Shown one piece after another: positions 8,817 through 18,177 of a DNA stretch of 64,000 nt. Each line of letters begins with the position of its first letter. The stretch's first letter is position 1. The notes under the pieces are model-generated. The model was not told where the DNA came from. It worked only from the letters and a program-made list of their open reading frames with translations, and searched no databases. The DNA is taken from positions 2,339 through 66,338 of the forward strand of contig JAKSUC010000006.1 of NCBI GenBank assembly GCA_024413595.1, written 5' to 3'. The translations under genes and the position numbers were made by a program. The DNA comes from Bacteroidales bacterium. GTDB taxonomy: Bacteria > Bacteroidota > Bacteroidia > Bacteroidales > UBA3824.

Positions 8817-10301
8817 TTAAATGCTCCATTCATAACCATCACGAGTATCCTTGATTGTTACTCCTGCATTTTTCAAATCATCACGCAATTTATCTGACAA
8901 TGCATAATTTTTTTCTTGTTTTGCATTTTTGCGCAATTGCTGAACCATATCTACAAGATTTCCAATAATTTCTTTTGTATTATCTGATTTATTATTTGAT
9001 TTTGCTTCGTTTTCTGGCATTAAACCTAATATATCAAAACATACGTCATTATAAAATTTCTTCAATTTTGCTAAATCTTCTTCTGTTATGGTTTCTTTGC
9101 CATCTTTTATCAAATTGATATGTTTTACACCATCAAATAGATGTGCTATCATTACTGGTGTATTAAAATCATTATTTATGGCTTCAAAACTCTTATCTAT
9201 TAATTCTTGAACATTAAATGACGAAGAATTTCCTGATTTAATTGTCTCTAAAGCATTTATTGCTGACATAAGTTTTTCTAATCCTTTTTCAGATGCTTTT
9301 AATGCTTCGTTTGAAAAATCAAGTGTACTACGATAATGTGCTTGAAGAATAAAAAATCTAACAGTCATTGGTGAATATGGTTGTTCCAACAATGGATGAT
9401 CGCCTGCAAAAAATTGTTCTAACGACATGGCATTTCCTAAAGATTTACCCATTTTTTTGCCATTGATGGTTATCATATTGTTGTGAAGCCAATATTTTAC
9501 CGAATCATGACCCAAGGCAGCTGCTGTTTGTGCTATTTCACATTCGTGATGTGGAAATTGCAAATCAATACCTCCGCCATGAATATCAAAATATTCTCCT
9601 AAATATTTGAGCGACATTGCACTACATTCAAGATGCCAACCTGGAAATCCTTCACTCCATTTGCTTGGCCAATGCATTATATGGCGGGGAGATGCTTTTT
9701 TCCACAATGCAAAATCACATTGATTACGTTTTTCGTCTTGTCCATCCAACGTACGAGTTTTTTCCAACAAATCTTCTACATTTCTGCCGGATAATTTGCC
9801 ATATTTAAATTTTTGTGCAAATTTTTGAATATCAAAATATACAGAACCGTTTGACTCATAAGCATATCCGTTTTCAAGAATTTTTTCTGCCAACAATTGT
9901 TGTTCTATTATGTGTCCAGAGGCATGTGGTTCTATGGAAGGTGGCAAAACATTGAGAAGACGCATATTTTTATGATAATCTTCTGTATAGATTTGAACCA
10001 CTTCCATTGGTTCTAGATTTTCTAATGTTGCCTTTTTAGCTATTTTATCTTCTCCTTCATCTGCATCATGTTCTAGGTGACCTACGTCGGTGATATTTCT
10101 TACATATCTAACTTTATATCCTAGATATTTTAAATATCTGAATACAAGGTCAAATGTTATAGCTGGACGAGCATGTCCCAAATGCGCTGGTCCATAAACT
10201 GTTGGACCACATACATACATACCTACATAAGGAGCATTGATTGGTTCAAACTTTTGTAATGTTCTACTTAAAGAATTATAAACAAGTAAGTTATTATCCA
10301 T
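8817..10301 (-). CDS. cysS: Cysteine--tRNA ligase
   Basis: 494 aa with HIGH-type motif [14 protein letters not shown]-type motif KMGKSLGN and the class I CysRS-specific [19 protein letters not shown]. Confidence 0.95.
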   Translation of the reverse strand: MDNNLLVYNSLSRTLQKFEPINAPYVGMYVCGPTVYGPAHLGHARPAITFDLVFRYLKYLGYKVRYVRNITDVGHLEHDADEGEDKIAKKATLENLEPMEVVQIYTEDYHKNMRLLNVLPPSIEPHASGHIIEQQLLAEKILENGYAYESNGSVYFDIQKFAQKFKYGKLSGRNVEDLLEKTRTLDGQDEKRNQCDFALWKKASPRHIMHWPSKWSEGFPGWHLECSAMSLKYLGEYFDIHGGGIDLQFPHHECEIAQTAAALGHDSVKYWLHNNMITINGKKMGKSLGNAMSLEQFFAGDHPLLEQPYSPMTVRFFILQAHYRSTLDFSNEALKASEKGLEKLMSAINALETIKSGNSSSFNVQELIDKSFEAINNDFNTPVMIAHLFDGVKHINLIKDGKETITEEDLAKLKKFYNDVCFDILGLMPENEAKSNNKSDNTKEIIGNLVDMVQQLRKNAKQEKNYALSDKLRDDLKNAGVTIKDTRDGYEWSI

Positions 10302-10383
10302 TGATTTATATTTTTATCTATTTCGTTATAAATTACAATTTTACAAAATTAAGCAATTACTTCAATAAATTAGTATTTTTTAT

Positions 10384-10420
10384 AAAAAAAAACTGCCGAC
10401 AGAAATTTTTCTGCCGACAG
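10384..10420 (-). terminator. Intrinsic terminator downstream of the MORN-repeat gene
   Basis: ctgccgacag-aaattttt-ctgccgacag forms an imperfect 10-bp stem (8 of 10 pairs). On the minus strand it is followed by 9 T. Confidence 0.5.
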
Positions 10421-10459
10421 CCAAATACAAATAACAACTTAAAATCAAAATCTTTCTAT

Positions 10460-11386
10460 TTATTCTTGAACTTTAACAATTCTTCCATTTTCATAAATTG
10501 CGGTTTTTACTACTTCTCCTTTTGAATTGTAATAATATCGTTTTCCACTTATGAAAACTCCATTGAGAAAGTTCCCCTCACGAATAATTCGTTTTTCTGT
10601 ATCGTATATTTTGTGAAATCCTGAACCTGCAAATCTTTCCAAATTATTACCATTATCTGGTTGTTTGGGTTCTTCAACTTTCACTTCAGTTTTTACTACG
10701 TTTTCTATTTTATTTTGTTTCGTTTTATCATAAATTTTTGATTGTCCTGGATCAAATATTCCTTCGTTGTAAACCAATTCTGCGTGTAGATTACCATTTT
10801 CATAATATTCTTTCATCAATCCATCTGTTATTCCATCTTTCCATTGACTTTCTGATCTTAATCTTCCGCTATCGTAATATTCTAATTGATTGCCTGACTC
10901 TTTGCCATTTTCCCAATAACCTGATATTCTTAATTTTCCACTTTCATAATAATATTTTTGTTCGCCGGTTCTCCTACCCTCTTCATCAAATTCCCATTCA
11001 TAGGCTATTTGTCCACTAGGACGAAAATATTTATATTCGCCTACCCATTTATTTATTTTCCAAATTCCTTCTTCTGATAAAGTTCCATCTTCATAATAGA
11101 GTTTTACATAACCATCTTGGTTGTTATCTTTATATGTAATAGAACTTTTCATATTTCCATTGCGATAATATTCGGTCCAAACACCTTGTTTTCTATTATC
11201 TACATAATTTCCTTTACTTGATATCTGTTTCTTGTCAGAATCGTAAAATAATATCCACAAACCTTGCTTTAAATGATTTTCATCTGTTTTATTGACTACT
11301 TGACCATCTATGATTTCTTGAGTTTGTGCTTCTAACATGTTAGATATCAAGAACAAAATGCCGATTAATATAATTTTGTTTTTCAC
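10460..11386 (-). CDS. Secreted MORN-repeat-variant (YwqK-like) protein
   Basis: 308 aa with a GTG start and signal peptide ILFLISNMLEAQ. It has iterated G.W..YY.NG......Y..G...G units. Confidence 0.7.
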   Translation of the reverse strand: MKNKIILIGILFLISNMLEAQTQEIIDGQVVNKTDENHLKQGLWILFYDSDKKQISSKGNYVDNRKQGVWTEYYRNGNMKSSITYKDNNQDGYVKLYYEDGTLSEEGIWKINKWVGEYKYFRPSGQIAYEWEFDEEGRRTGEQKYYYESGKLRISGYWENGKESGNQLEYYDSGRLRSESQWKDGITDGLMKEYYENGNLHAELVYNEGIFDPGQSKIYDKTKQNKIENVVKTEVKVEEPKQPDNGNNLERFAGSGFHKIYDTEKRIIREGNFLNGVFISGKRYYYNSKGEVVKTAIYENGRIVKVQE

Positions 11387-11464
11387 TTAGAACTTATTTT
11401 CTTTAGATTGTTAAAAGTAATAATTTTTTTTTTAAATACATAATTTTTTTACGAAAACTTAAAA

Positions 11465-13669
11465 TTATTGGTTGCAAAATTTCTTTATTTGTTCTTCGGC
11501 TTGCATATATTTATTGTTTAAAGCTGTATAAAAATCATCACAAGCTTCTGTTTTTTGATTTATCAAATATTTATAAACTCCTCGATAATAATATGCTTGT
11601 CCATTTGATGGATTTATTTTCAACAAGTGGGTTAAACTTTCTATGGCTTTTGGATAATTGCCCATTGATCTATAGGTTAATGCTTGATTATAATATGCTC
11701 CTTCCATGGTACTATCCAATTGTATAGCGCGTTCAAAATCTTTTAATGATTTTTCATAATCTCCTACTATACTTAATGCTAAACCTCTGTTTGAATAAGC
11801 TGAAGCATTTGAACTATCGTGTTCTAAATATACGTTTAAATCTTCTAACGATTGCTCTAATCTGCCACTTTTTCCGTAGGAAGCTCCCCTATTGATATAA
11901 ACTTCCCAAAAATCTGGTTTCAAATCTAATGCTCTATTAAAGTCGGTTATTGCTAAATTAAAATAATAATTTGCTGAATCTTGATTTACTCCTAACCAAC
12001 GTTCTCCGTACGAATCATATATTATGGCTCTATTTTGAAAAGCATTTGAAAAATTTAAATCAAATTTTATGGCTTTCGTATAATCGTCCAAAGATAGTTT
12101 CTCGTAAGTGGTATCACTGGTAATATCAAACAAATCTTTGTTGGCCAAACCCCTATTATAAAAACAATGAACATAATCTGGCTTATATTTTATACCATTT
12201 GTAAAACATTCGATGGCATATTTTTTTTCTTCTACATATTTTTGAGGATTTGTCTTTTTATATAAACTATCTGCTAACATATTTACATTACTTCCCAAAT
12301 TATTCCAACCTATTACAGCTTCTGGATATTTTGAAACGCAATCTGTCCATAAGGTTCTACTATTACGCCACACTCCTATCCTATCAATTGTTAATACACA
12401 TAATAATAATATATAAAGTGAAAATGCTGAAATTAAAATATTTTTACTTATATTCTTGATATTCAATAAATAATCTACTAATAATGATAACAATACTGAT
12501 ATTCCAAATGATGGAATATATGAATATCTATCCGCAAACATTGCACTCCCTACTGGTATAAATTGTAATAATAATGCGATGTTTGATACAAAAAATAATA
12601 TTCCAAATGTTAGTGTTTTATGTTTTTTATATGTAAATACACTTAATAATATTGAACCTATAAATAAAGGAACTGCTAGCCAATAAAGTGTTGGTACTGT
12701 TCTATTTATAATATCTGGATATGGATATAAACATGATAATTTTAATGGTAATATCAATCTCAAAACGTATTGTACAAATCCATAACTTCCAAATGCTATT
12801 CGCTGATAAAATTGATATTGATCCACTTCAGACAAGGCTGTACTTACTTTTTGTGCTTCTATTGATATTAAACCAAATATTAATGATATTATTATAAATG
12901 GTATTTTATTTATATGTGTTTTTAATTTCAAATAATCTTCTGTTAAAAAGTAATCTATCAATATGATAGAAATAGTTAACGAAACTGCTTGACCTTTAGA
13001 GAAACAACTGAGTATAAATAATAAAATACTTGTTATATATAACAATACTTTAGTTCGCTTTTTATATAAGATATACATGTATAACGATGCAAAATAAAAC
13101 ATTGTATATAAAACATCTTTGCGTTCTGATATCCAAGTTACTGACTCTACGTGTAATGTATGAATTGCAAATAATATTGGAATTATTATTGAATATAAAC
13201 GCTTTTTAAATAATTGATTACAAATTAAATAGATAAATATTACTGATAATAAATGTAACAATATATTTACTGCTATAAATCTTTCTGGTAATGCTTTGCC
13301 ATTTGAGCCTATTTCTGAATAATGATAATCTATATTTAAGGTTAACATTGTGAGTGGATGATAGTTACCCATAAAATATCGTTCTCCATTATCTTTTGAC
13401 AAAAACATTTTTTTGAATGTTTCTATACTAAAATCTTTTAATAAGGGATTGGCATCTATATATTTATCATCATCCCAATTGGTTGGTTGATTTCCAAAAT
13501 TAAATGAATAAACAAATATTGTGATAATTATAGTTGCGAATATCGACCAATGTTTTTTTATAAAACTATCTTCATTTAATGGTTGAGATAAATGGTCGGA
13601 CTGTATATTATTATCAACAATTTCTTTATGTGAAATAATATTTCCTTTGGTATATTTTCCTTTCTTCAT
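11465..13669 (-). CDS. TMTC-like membrane protein: polytopic GT-C-type N-terminal domain plus C-terminal TPR repeats
   Basis: 734 aa. WDDDKYIDANPLLKDF and NYHPLTMLTLNIDY are followed by about 10 hydrophobic segments. TPR signatures then follow, for example AYYNQALTYRSMGNYPKAIESLTHLLKINPSNGQAYYYRG. Confidence 0.6.
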   Translation of the reverse strand: MKKGKYTKGNIISHKEIVDNNIQSDHLSQPLNEDSFIKKHWSIFATIIITIFVYSFNFGNQPTNWDDDKYIDANPLLKDFSIETFKKMFLSKDNGERYFMGNYHPLTMLTLNIDYHYSEIGSNGKALPERFIAVNILLHLLSVIFIYLICNQLFKKRLYSIIIPILFAIHTLHVESVTWISERKDVLYTMFYFASLYMYILYKKRTKVLLYITSILLFILSCFSKGQAVSLTISIILIDYFLTEDYLKLKTHINKIPFIIISLIFGLISIEAQKVSTALSEVDQYQFYQRIAFGSYGFVQYVLRLILPLKLSCLYPYPDIINRTVPTLYWLAVPLFIGSILLSVFTYKKHKTLTFGILFFVSNIALLLQFIPVGSAMFADRYSYIPSFGISVLLSLLVDYLLNIKNISKNILISAFSLYILLLCVLTIDRIGVWRNSRTLWTDCVSKYPEAVIGWNNLGSNVNMLADSLYKKTNPQKYVEEKKYAIECFTNGIKYKPDYVHCFYNRGLANKDLFDITSDTTYEKLSLDDYTKAIKFDLNFSNAFQNRAIIYDSYGERWLGVNQDSANYYFNLAITDFNRALDLKPDFWEVYINRGASYGKSGRLEQSLEDLNVYLEHDSSNASAYSNRGLALSIVGDYEKSLKDFERAIQLDSTMEGAYYNQALTYRSMGNYPKAIESLTHLLKINPSNGQAYYYRGVYKYLINQKTEACDDFYTALNNKYMQAEEQIKKFCNQ

Positions 13670-13760
13670 TTAGTAATGTTTTTATTATTATTTGCAATTA
13701 TGCAAAATTAATCAGAAACAATAAATTCAAAAATTATTTTTATTAATCTTGATAAAAAGA

Positions 13761-13768
13761 TATTTTTG
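13761..13768 (+). promoter_or_regulatory. -7 box TATTTTTG upstream of dnaG
   Basis: Matches TAnnTTTG, 32 nt upstream of the ATG at 13800. It lies inside the TTG-extended ORF (13749), which argues for the shorter start. Confidence 0.45.
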
Positions 13769-13799
13769 CCAAAATTGTAAAATTATTTTTATATACAAA

Positions 13800-15827
13800 A
13801 TGATAGACTCTGCCACAGTACAAAGAATTATTGAAACTGCTCAAATTTTAGATGTGGTTCAAGATTTTATGACTATTAAAAGGAGAGGAGTTAATTATAT
13901 TGGTTGCTGTCCTTTTCACAACGAAAAAACTCCTTCTTTTTCTGTTTCGCCTGCTAAAAACATTTTTAAATGCTTTGGTTGTGGTGTTTCGGGTACGCCT
14001 GTTTCGTTTGTTATGAAACACGAAAATATGACTTATCCTGAAGCTCTGAAATTTTTAGCCAAAAAATATGGTATTAATGTTCAAGAAAAAGAGTTAACTG
14101 AACAAGAAAAATCTCAACACGAAGATAGTGAAAGTATGAAGATTGTGAACTCATTCGCACAGTCGTTTTTTTCTAACTGCTTAAAAAACACTGAAGAGGG
14201 TAGGAGCATAGCTCTTTCATATTTTAAACAAAGAGGTTTTAGACCTGACACTATCGATAAATTTCAATTAGGTTATAGTCCTGTTAATAGACAAGCTCTT
14301 ACTAATGAGGCTATTAAAAAAGGTTATCAAGAAAAATTTCTTGTTAAAACTGGATTAACTATTGTTAAAGAAGACGGATACAAATTTGACAGATTTGCTG
14401 GTCGTGTTATGTTTCCTATTCATTCTATTGCTGGAAATGTTGTTGCTTTTGGCGGTAGAATTATGAAAACTGACAAAAAAATTGCTAAATACGTAAATTC
14501 TCCTGAGTCTGAGGTTTACCATAAAAGTAATGTTTTATATGGTATTTATCAAGCTAAAAATGCTATTGTTAGAAAAGATAAATGCTATCTAGTTGAAGGC
14601 TATTGCGATGTTATTTCTATGAACCAATCGGGTGTTGAAAATACTGTTGCCTCATCAGGTACTTCGTTAACACCTGGACAAATATCTGTTATTAAACGTT
14701 TTACTAATAATTTAACGGTTATTTACGACGGTGACTGGGCTGGTATTAAGGCTTCTTTACGTGGTATTGATTTAATTCTTGAACAAGAAATTAATGTTAA
14801 GGTTGTTCTTTTACCTGAACCTGAAGATCCTGACTCGTTTGCTCTTTCTCACACTCCTCAAGAATTACAAGATTATATCGACCAACACGAAGAAGATTTT
14901 ATTAGATTTAAAACTAGAATTCTTCTTAAAGACTGCAATGATGATCCTATGAAAAGGGCTGAAGTGGTTACAAATATTGTTGGGTCTATTTCTAAAATTT
15001 CTAACGCTGTTACGCGTTCTGTTTATATTAAAGAATGTAGCAAACTACTTGATGTTAAAGAAGATGCGCTTTATGCTGAAACTGGAAGATTAATAAAAAA
15101 GCAACATGAAGAATTCATCAAAAACAAATTTCGTCAAGGTGTAGAAACTGCTAAATCTAATAATGATAAAAATAACGAAGTTTCTCCAGATCAATTATTT
15201 GCTGATGAACAATTTGCTATGCAAAATAGCCAAATCGATAAATCTAAGTCGGTTCCGGCTTTTGTTGAAAATGTTTTTGCTGAAATTGAAGAACGGGAAA
15301 TTATTAATTATTTAATAAATTTTGGTAATCTTGAATTTGAGTCCGTTACTGACGTTAATACTGGTGAAGTTAGTTCGGTTTCTGTGGCAACTTTCATTAT
15401 TGCTGAACTATTAAACGAAGAACTTGAATTAAAAAACTTAGTTTTTAAACAAATTTTTGAAGATTATAAACAAAATTTGATGAATAATGTTCAAATCGAT
15501 GCCTCTTATTTTCTTAATAATCAAGATGATAAAATCAGAAATATTGCTACTGAATTAACTATTCAAAAAGATGCGCTTAGTAATATTTGGAGTAGGAGAG
15601 GGAGTAGTTGTGAAACACCTGAAATGACTTATAAAAAGGATATTCCAAAAACTATTCTTACTTACAAACTAAAAATTATTAATATGGCTGAAAAACAAAC
15701 TCTTGAACAATTAAAAGATAAAAATTTAGCCGTTGATAAACAAATGGAAATTCTTGATCAAATTAAACAACTTAATGAAATTAGAAAAACTCTGGCTCAG
15801 GGACTTGACAGAATTATTATGGCATAA
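13800..15827 (+). CDS. dnaG: DNA primase
   Basis: Zinc finger CCPFHNEKTPSFSVSPAKNIFKCFGCGVSG and TOPRIM motifs EGYCDV and YDGDWAG. I chose the start at ATG 13800 (MIDSATVQRIIE) rather than the TTG at 13749. Confidence 0.95.
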   Translation: MIDSATVQRIIETAQILDVVQDFMTIKRRGVNYIGCCPFHNEKTPSFSVSPAKNIFKCFGCGVSGTPVSFVMKHENMTYPEALKFLAKKYGINVQEKELTEQEKSQHEDSESMKIVNSFAQSFFSNCLKNTEEGRSIALSYFKQRGFRPDTIDKFQLGYSPVNRQALTNEAIKKGYQEKFLVKTGLTIVKEDGYKFDRFAGRVMFPIHSIAGNVVAFGGRIMKTDKKIAKYVNSPESEVYHKSNVLYGIYQAKNAIVRKDKCYLVEGYCDVISMNQSGVENTVASSGTSLTPGQISVIKRFTNNLTVIYDGDWAGIKASLRGIDLILEQEINVKVVLLPEPEDPDSFALSHTPQELQDYIDQHEEDFIRFKTRILLKDCNDDPMKRAEVVTNIVGSISKISNAVTRSVYIKECSKLLDVKEDALYAETGRLIKKQHEEFIKNKFRQGVETAKSNNDKNNEVSPDQLFADEQFAMQNSQIDKSKSVPAFVENVFAEIEEREIINYLINFGNLEFESVTDVNTGEVSSVSVATFIIAELLNEELELKNLVFKQIFEDYKQNLMNNVQIDASYFLNNQDDKIRNIATELTIQKDALSNIWSRRGSSCETPEMTYKKDIPKTILTYKLKIINMAEKQTLEQLKDKNLAVDKQMEILDQIKQLNEIRKTLAQGLDRIIMA

Positions 15828-15855
15828 AAAAAGCTATCAAATTTTTGATAGCTTT
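15825..15855 (-). terminator. Hairpin and T-run immediately downstream of the CAT tRNA (also at the dnaG 3' end)
   Basis: aagctatca-aattttt-tgatagctt. On the minus strand it is followed by tttttt. Confidence 0.55.
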
Positions 15856-15856
15856 G

Positions 15857-15930
15857 TGGACCCACTAGGGCTTGAACCTAGGACCCCCTGATTATGAGTC
15901 AGATGCTCTAACCAACTGAGCTATGGGTCC
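15857..15930 (-). tRNA. tRNA with anticodon CAT: elongator tRNA-Met or lysidine-modified tRNA-Ile2 (not initiator)
   Basis: Hand fold of 74 nt gives acceptor GGACCCA/TGGGTCC, D-arm GCTC-AGTTGGTTA-GAGC, anticodon stem TCTGA/TCAGG with loop CU-CAU-AA, and T-arm CTAGG-TTCAAGC-CCTAG. The paired G1-C72 and the lack of three consecutive G-C pairs in the anticodon stem exclude initiator identity. Confidence 0.85.
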
Positions 15931-15958
15931 AACGACTTTTATTATCGTTTTGCGACTG

Positions 15959-15966
15959 CAAAGGTA
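15959..15966 (-). promoter_or_regulatory. -7 box TACCTTTG for the CAT tRNA
   Basis: Plus strand caaaggta, 28 nt upstream of the tRNA 5' end. It has the same tgcaaaggta context as at 611-620. Confidence 0.5.
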
Positions 15967-16005
15967 AACAATTAAATCTTATTTCAAAATTTTTTTTTAA
16001 AAATT

Positions 16006-16614
16006 ATGAAAAATATTAAAAACTTTATTTTCGATTTAGGTGGTGTATTATTAAATGTTGACGCCAAACTTACTGAAATTGCGTTTATTAACGAATGCAA
16101 AGACTCTTCTAAAAAATTTTTAGATAATGAAAATTTAAGAGATTTTTTTAACCTTTTTCAACTTGGAAAAATTTCGCCTTATGAATTATGGTGTAATTCT
16201 TCTAAATTATTAAATGTTAATATTTCTTTTGAGAATTTCTTAAATTGTTTAAATGCAATGATTTACGATTATGATAAAGATTTTAATTATATTTTATCTA
16301 ATCTTGCTAATTGTTATGATTTATTCATTTTGAGTAATACTAACGAAACTCATGTTGAATTTTTTTCTAATCTTACTAATTGGCCAAATAATATTTTCAA
16401 GCATAAATTTTATTCGAATGAAATACATTTGGCTAAACCTGATATTGCTTGTTTTAAATATGTTATAAACAAAACTCAAATTATTCCTGAAGAAACTATT
16501 TTTATTGACGACAGAATTGAAAATATTTTATCTGCTCAAAAGGTTGGATTAAATACTATTCATCTTGAAAATCAAAATATGTTAAAACAAATATTAAATA
16601 ATTACATAAAATGA
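16006..16614 (+). CDS. HAD-superfamily hydrolase (subfamily IA-like)
   Basis: 202 aa with motif I FIFDLGGVLL, SNTN and a late IFIDDRIENI motif. Confidence 0.7.
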   Translation: MKNIKNFIFDLGGVLLNVDAKLTEIAFINECKDSSKKFLDNENLRDFFNLFQLGKISPYELWCNSSKLLNVNISFENFLNCLNAMIYDYDKDFNYILSNLANCYDLFILSNTNETHVEFFSNLTNWPNNIFKHKFYSNEIHLAKPDIACFKYVINKTQIIPEETIFIDDRIENILSAQKVGLNTIHLENQNMLKQILNNYIK

Positions 16615-17651
16615 ATAAAATAATTTTATTAATTTTCATTTTTTTATCTATTGCTAATAAAAATTTCTGTTTTAGTCAAAATGCTAATGCAGATTTAATG
16701 AAAAAAGCTGTTTCGCTTTCTGAAGAGGGTAAATTTAAGGAAAGTAATGATAATCTTGTTTATCTTTATTCTCAAAACTATATGAAAGATTATGTTTGTT
16801 ATTATTTGGCTGTTAATTATTTTGCTATGTATGATTATACTAAGGCGCAAAAATATGCCAAACAAGTGGTGGATATGAATTCTGATTATATGTTGAAATG
16901 TTTTACTATTTTGGGTAAGTGTTTAAATAATAGTAATAAATTTAATGAAGAAAGATGTATATATAATAAGGTGTCCAAAAAATTTCCTAACGAATATTTA
17001 CCTTTTTATTGTAAAGCTTTGAGTTTTAAAGATGAAAATATTAACGACTCTGCTTGTGTGTATTTTATTAAAGCTATTAATTGTTATAATTTTTGTCCTG
17101 ATATTCATTTCAATTTAGCAAAAACTCTTTATAGTCAAGAACTTTATATTCATAGTTTATTAGCTTATTACTTTTTTCTGTTAACTGAACCTAAAGAGGA
17201 ACGTTCTTTTATTGCTATCAATTATATCTATAACATTATGAATTTTAAAGAGTCTGACAGAGTTATTGCTCAAAAGATTAATGATAATAACTATTATTCT
17301 AAAGCAGATCAAGAACTTATTTCGTGTTTAATGTTTATTAATGGTTTAAAAAAATCTAATATTGATAATAATACAAAACTTCCTGATTGTAATGTATTTA
17401 TAAACAATTCTAAATCTATTTTAACAGACATTTGCGAAACTATTGAAACTAGAGATAATTTTTATGAAAATTTTTATGTCAATTTTTTTACTAACTTAAT
17501 TAAAAACAATTTTTTAGATGAATATTTATATCTTATTTTAAATTCTAAATACGAAAATATTAATAAAGTTTTATTTACTGTTAATCAAAATAAATTAACA
17601 AAATTTGCAGATTGGCTTCAATCTTATTTTGAAACTAATAATTATAAATAA
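16611..17651 (+). CDS. Hypothetical secreted protein with TPR-like helical repeats
   Basis: 346 aa with signal peptide LLIFIFLSIANKNFCFSQ. Its start overlaps the HAD stop (ATGA). No recognisable catalytic motif. Confidence 0.5.
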   Translation: MNKIILLIFIFLSIANKNFCFSQNANADLMKKAVSLSEEGKFKESNDNLVYLYSQNYMKDYVCYYLAVNYFAMYDYTKAQKYAKQVVDMNSDYMLKCFTILGKCLNNSNKFNEERCIYNKVSKKFPNEYLPFYCKALSFKDENINDSACVYFIKAINCYNFCPDIHFNLAKTLYSQELYIHSLLAYYFFLLTEPKEERSFIAINYIYNIMNFKESDRVIAQKINDNNYYSKADQELISCLMFINGLKKSNIDNNTKLPDCNVFINNSKSILTDICETIETRDNFYENFYVNFFTNLIKNNFLDEYLYLILNSKYENINKVLFTVNQNKLTKFADWLQSYFETNNYK

Positions 17652-17822
17652 TTTATTTCAATATGAGATTGTTTTAGCAACTATATTTTTGGTATTTTAA
17701 AAATTTTTGAATTATTTATATTATAAAGAAGTGATTATTTTAGAAAATAATATCTATTAAATTCTAAAGTAATTGTTGTAATAATAATAGGAGAGGAGTT
17801 TTAATTTATAATTATAATTTTA

Positions 17823-17830
17823 TATATTTG
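17823..17830 (+). promoter_or_regulatory. -7 box TATATTTG
   Basis: Matches TAnnTTTG, 24 nt upstream of the ATG at 17854. Confidence 0.4.
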
Positions 17831-17853
17831 TGAAATATTAAAATATAAAACAA

Positions 17854-18147
17854 ATGGAAGTAAAAGTTGATCATAAATACTCAAAAGAAGAAGCTCTAGT
17901 TAAAATGAAATCTTTTTTTGAAGAATTAAAAAAACAACATGGGGATAAGGTTTCTGACTTATCAGAAAAATGGGTTGACAACTCAGGTGATTATGCTTGT
18001 AAATTTAACGGAATGCAATTAAACGGACATATTGATGTATTAGACAATCAAGTGGTGTTTAATGGTAAAATTCCGTTCTTTGCAACGCCTTTTAAGAGTT
18101 TAATTGAGTCAACTATTAGGTCTGAGGTAGAAAAGGTCTTAAAATAA
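17854..18147 (+). CDS. Small cytoplasmic protein, possibly of the polyhydroxyalkanoic-acid-system (PHA_gran_rgn) family
   Basis: 97 aa. The layout MEVKVDH.YSKEEA...K.F.EEL...GDKVSDL.E.W.DN...F....GM.L.G.I.V.D..V resembles that family. The family call comes from memory only. Confidence 0.35.
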   Translation: MEVKVDHKYSKEEALVKMKSFFEELKKQHGDKVSDLSEKWVDNSGDYACKFNGMQLNGHIDVLDNQVVFNGKIPFFATPFKSLIESTIRSEVEKVLK

Positions 18148-18177
18148 AAAAAAACGCTCGTTAAGAGCGTTTTTTTA
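18145..18177. terminator. Bidirectional intrinsic terminator
   Basis: aacgctc-gttaa-gagcgtt, flanked by a 9-A run and a 7-T run. It lies between convergent genes, and the minus-strand gene's stop codon falls in the T-run. Confidence 0.75.

Noticed and set aside
13749-13799. N-terminal extensions offered by the ORF track: dnaG from TTG 13749, hemW from 22038, DUF4294 from 47304, DUF4271 from 56173, AAA+ from 60624 and the Zn-ribbon protein from 61352
   Set aside because: In each case a downstream ATG gives the family-typical N-terminus or a signal peptide. A TAnnTTTG -7 box also lies inside or downstream of the extension, so the extension would not be transcribed.
17789-17800. Purine-rich GGAGAGGAGTT 11-mer in an intergenic spacer, identical to one inside dnaG (13883-13893) and similar to strings at 60934, 15593, 30256 and 34324. 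I considered a repeated element or a Shine-Dalgarno for a hidden small ORF.
   Set aside because: All other copies lie in frame in coding DNA, where they simply spell Arg/Gly/Glu with the preferred AGA/AGG/GGA/GAG codons. No start codon follows the intergenic copy at SD spacing, and Bacteroidota generally do not use SD sequences. I treat it as coincidental.
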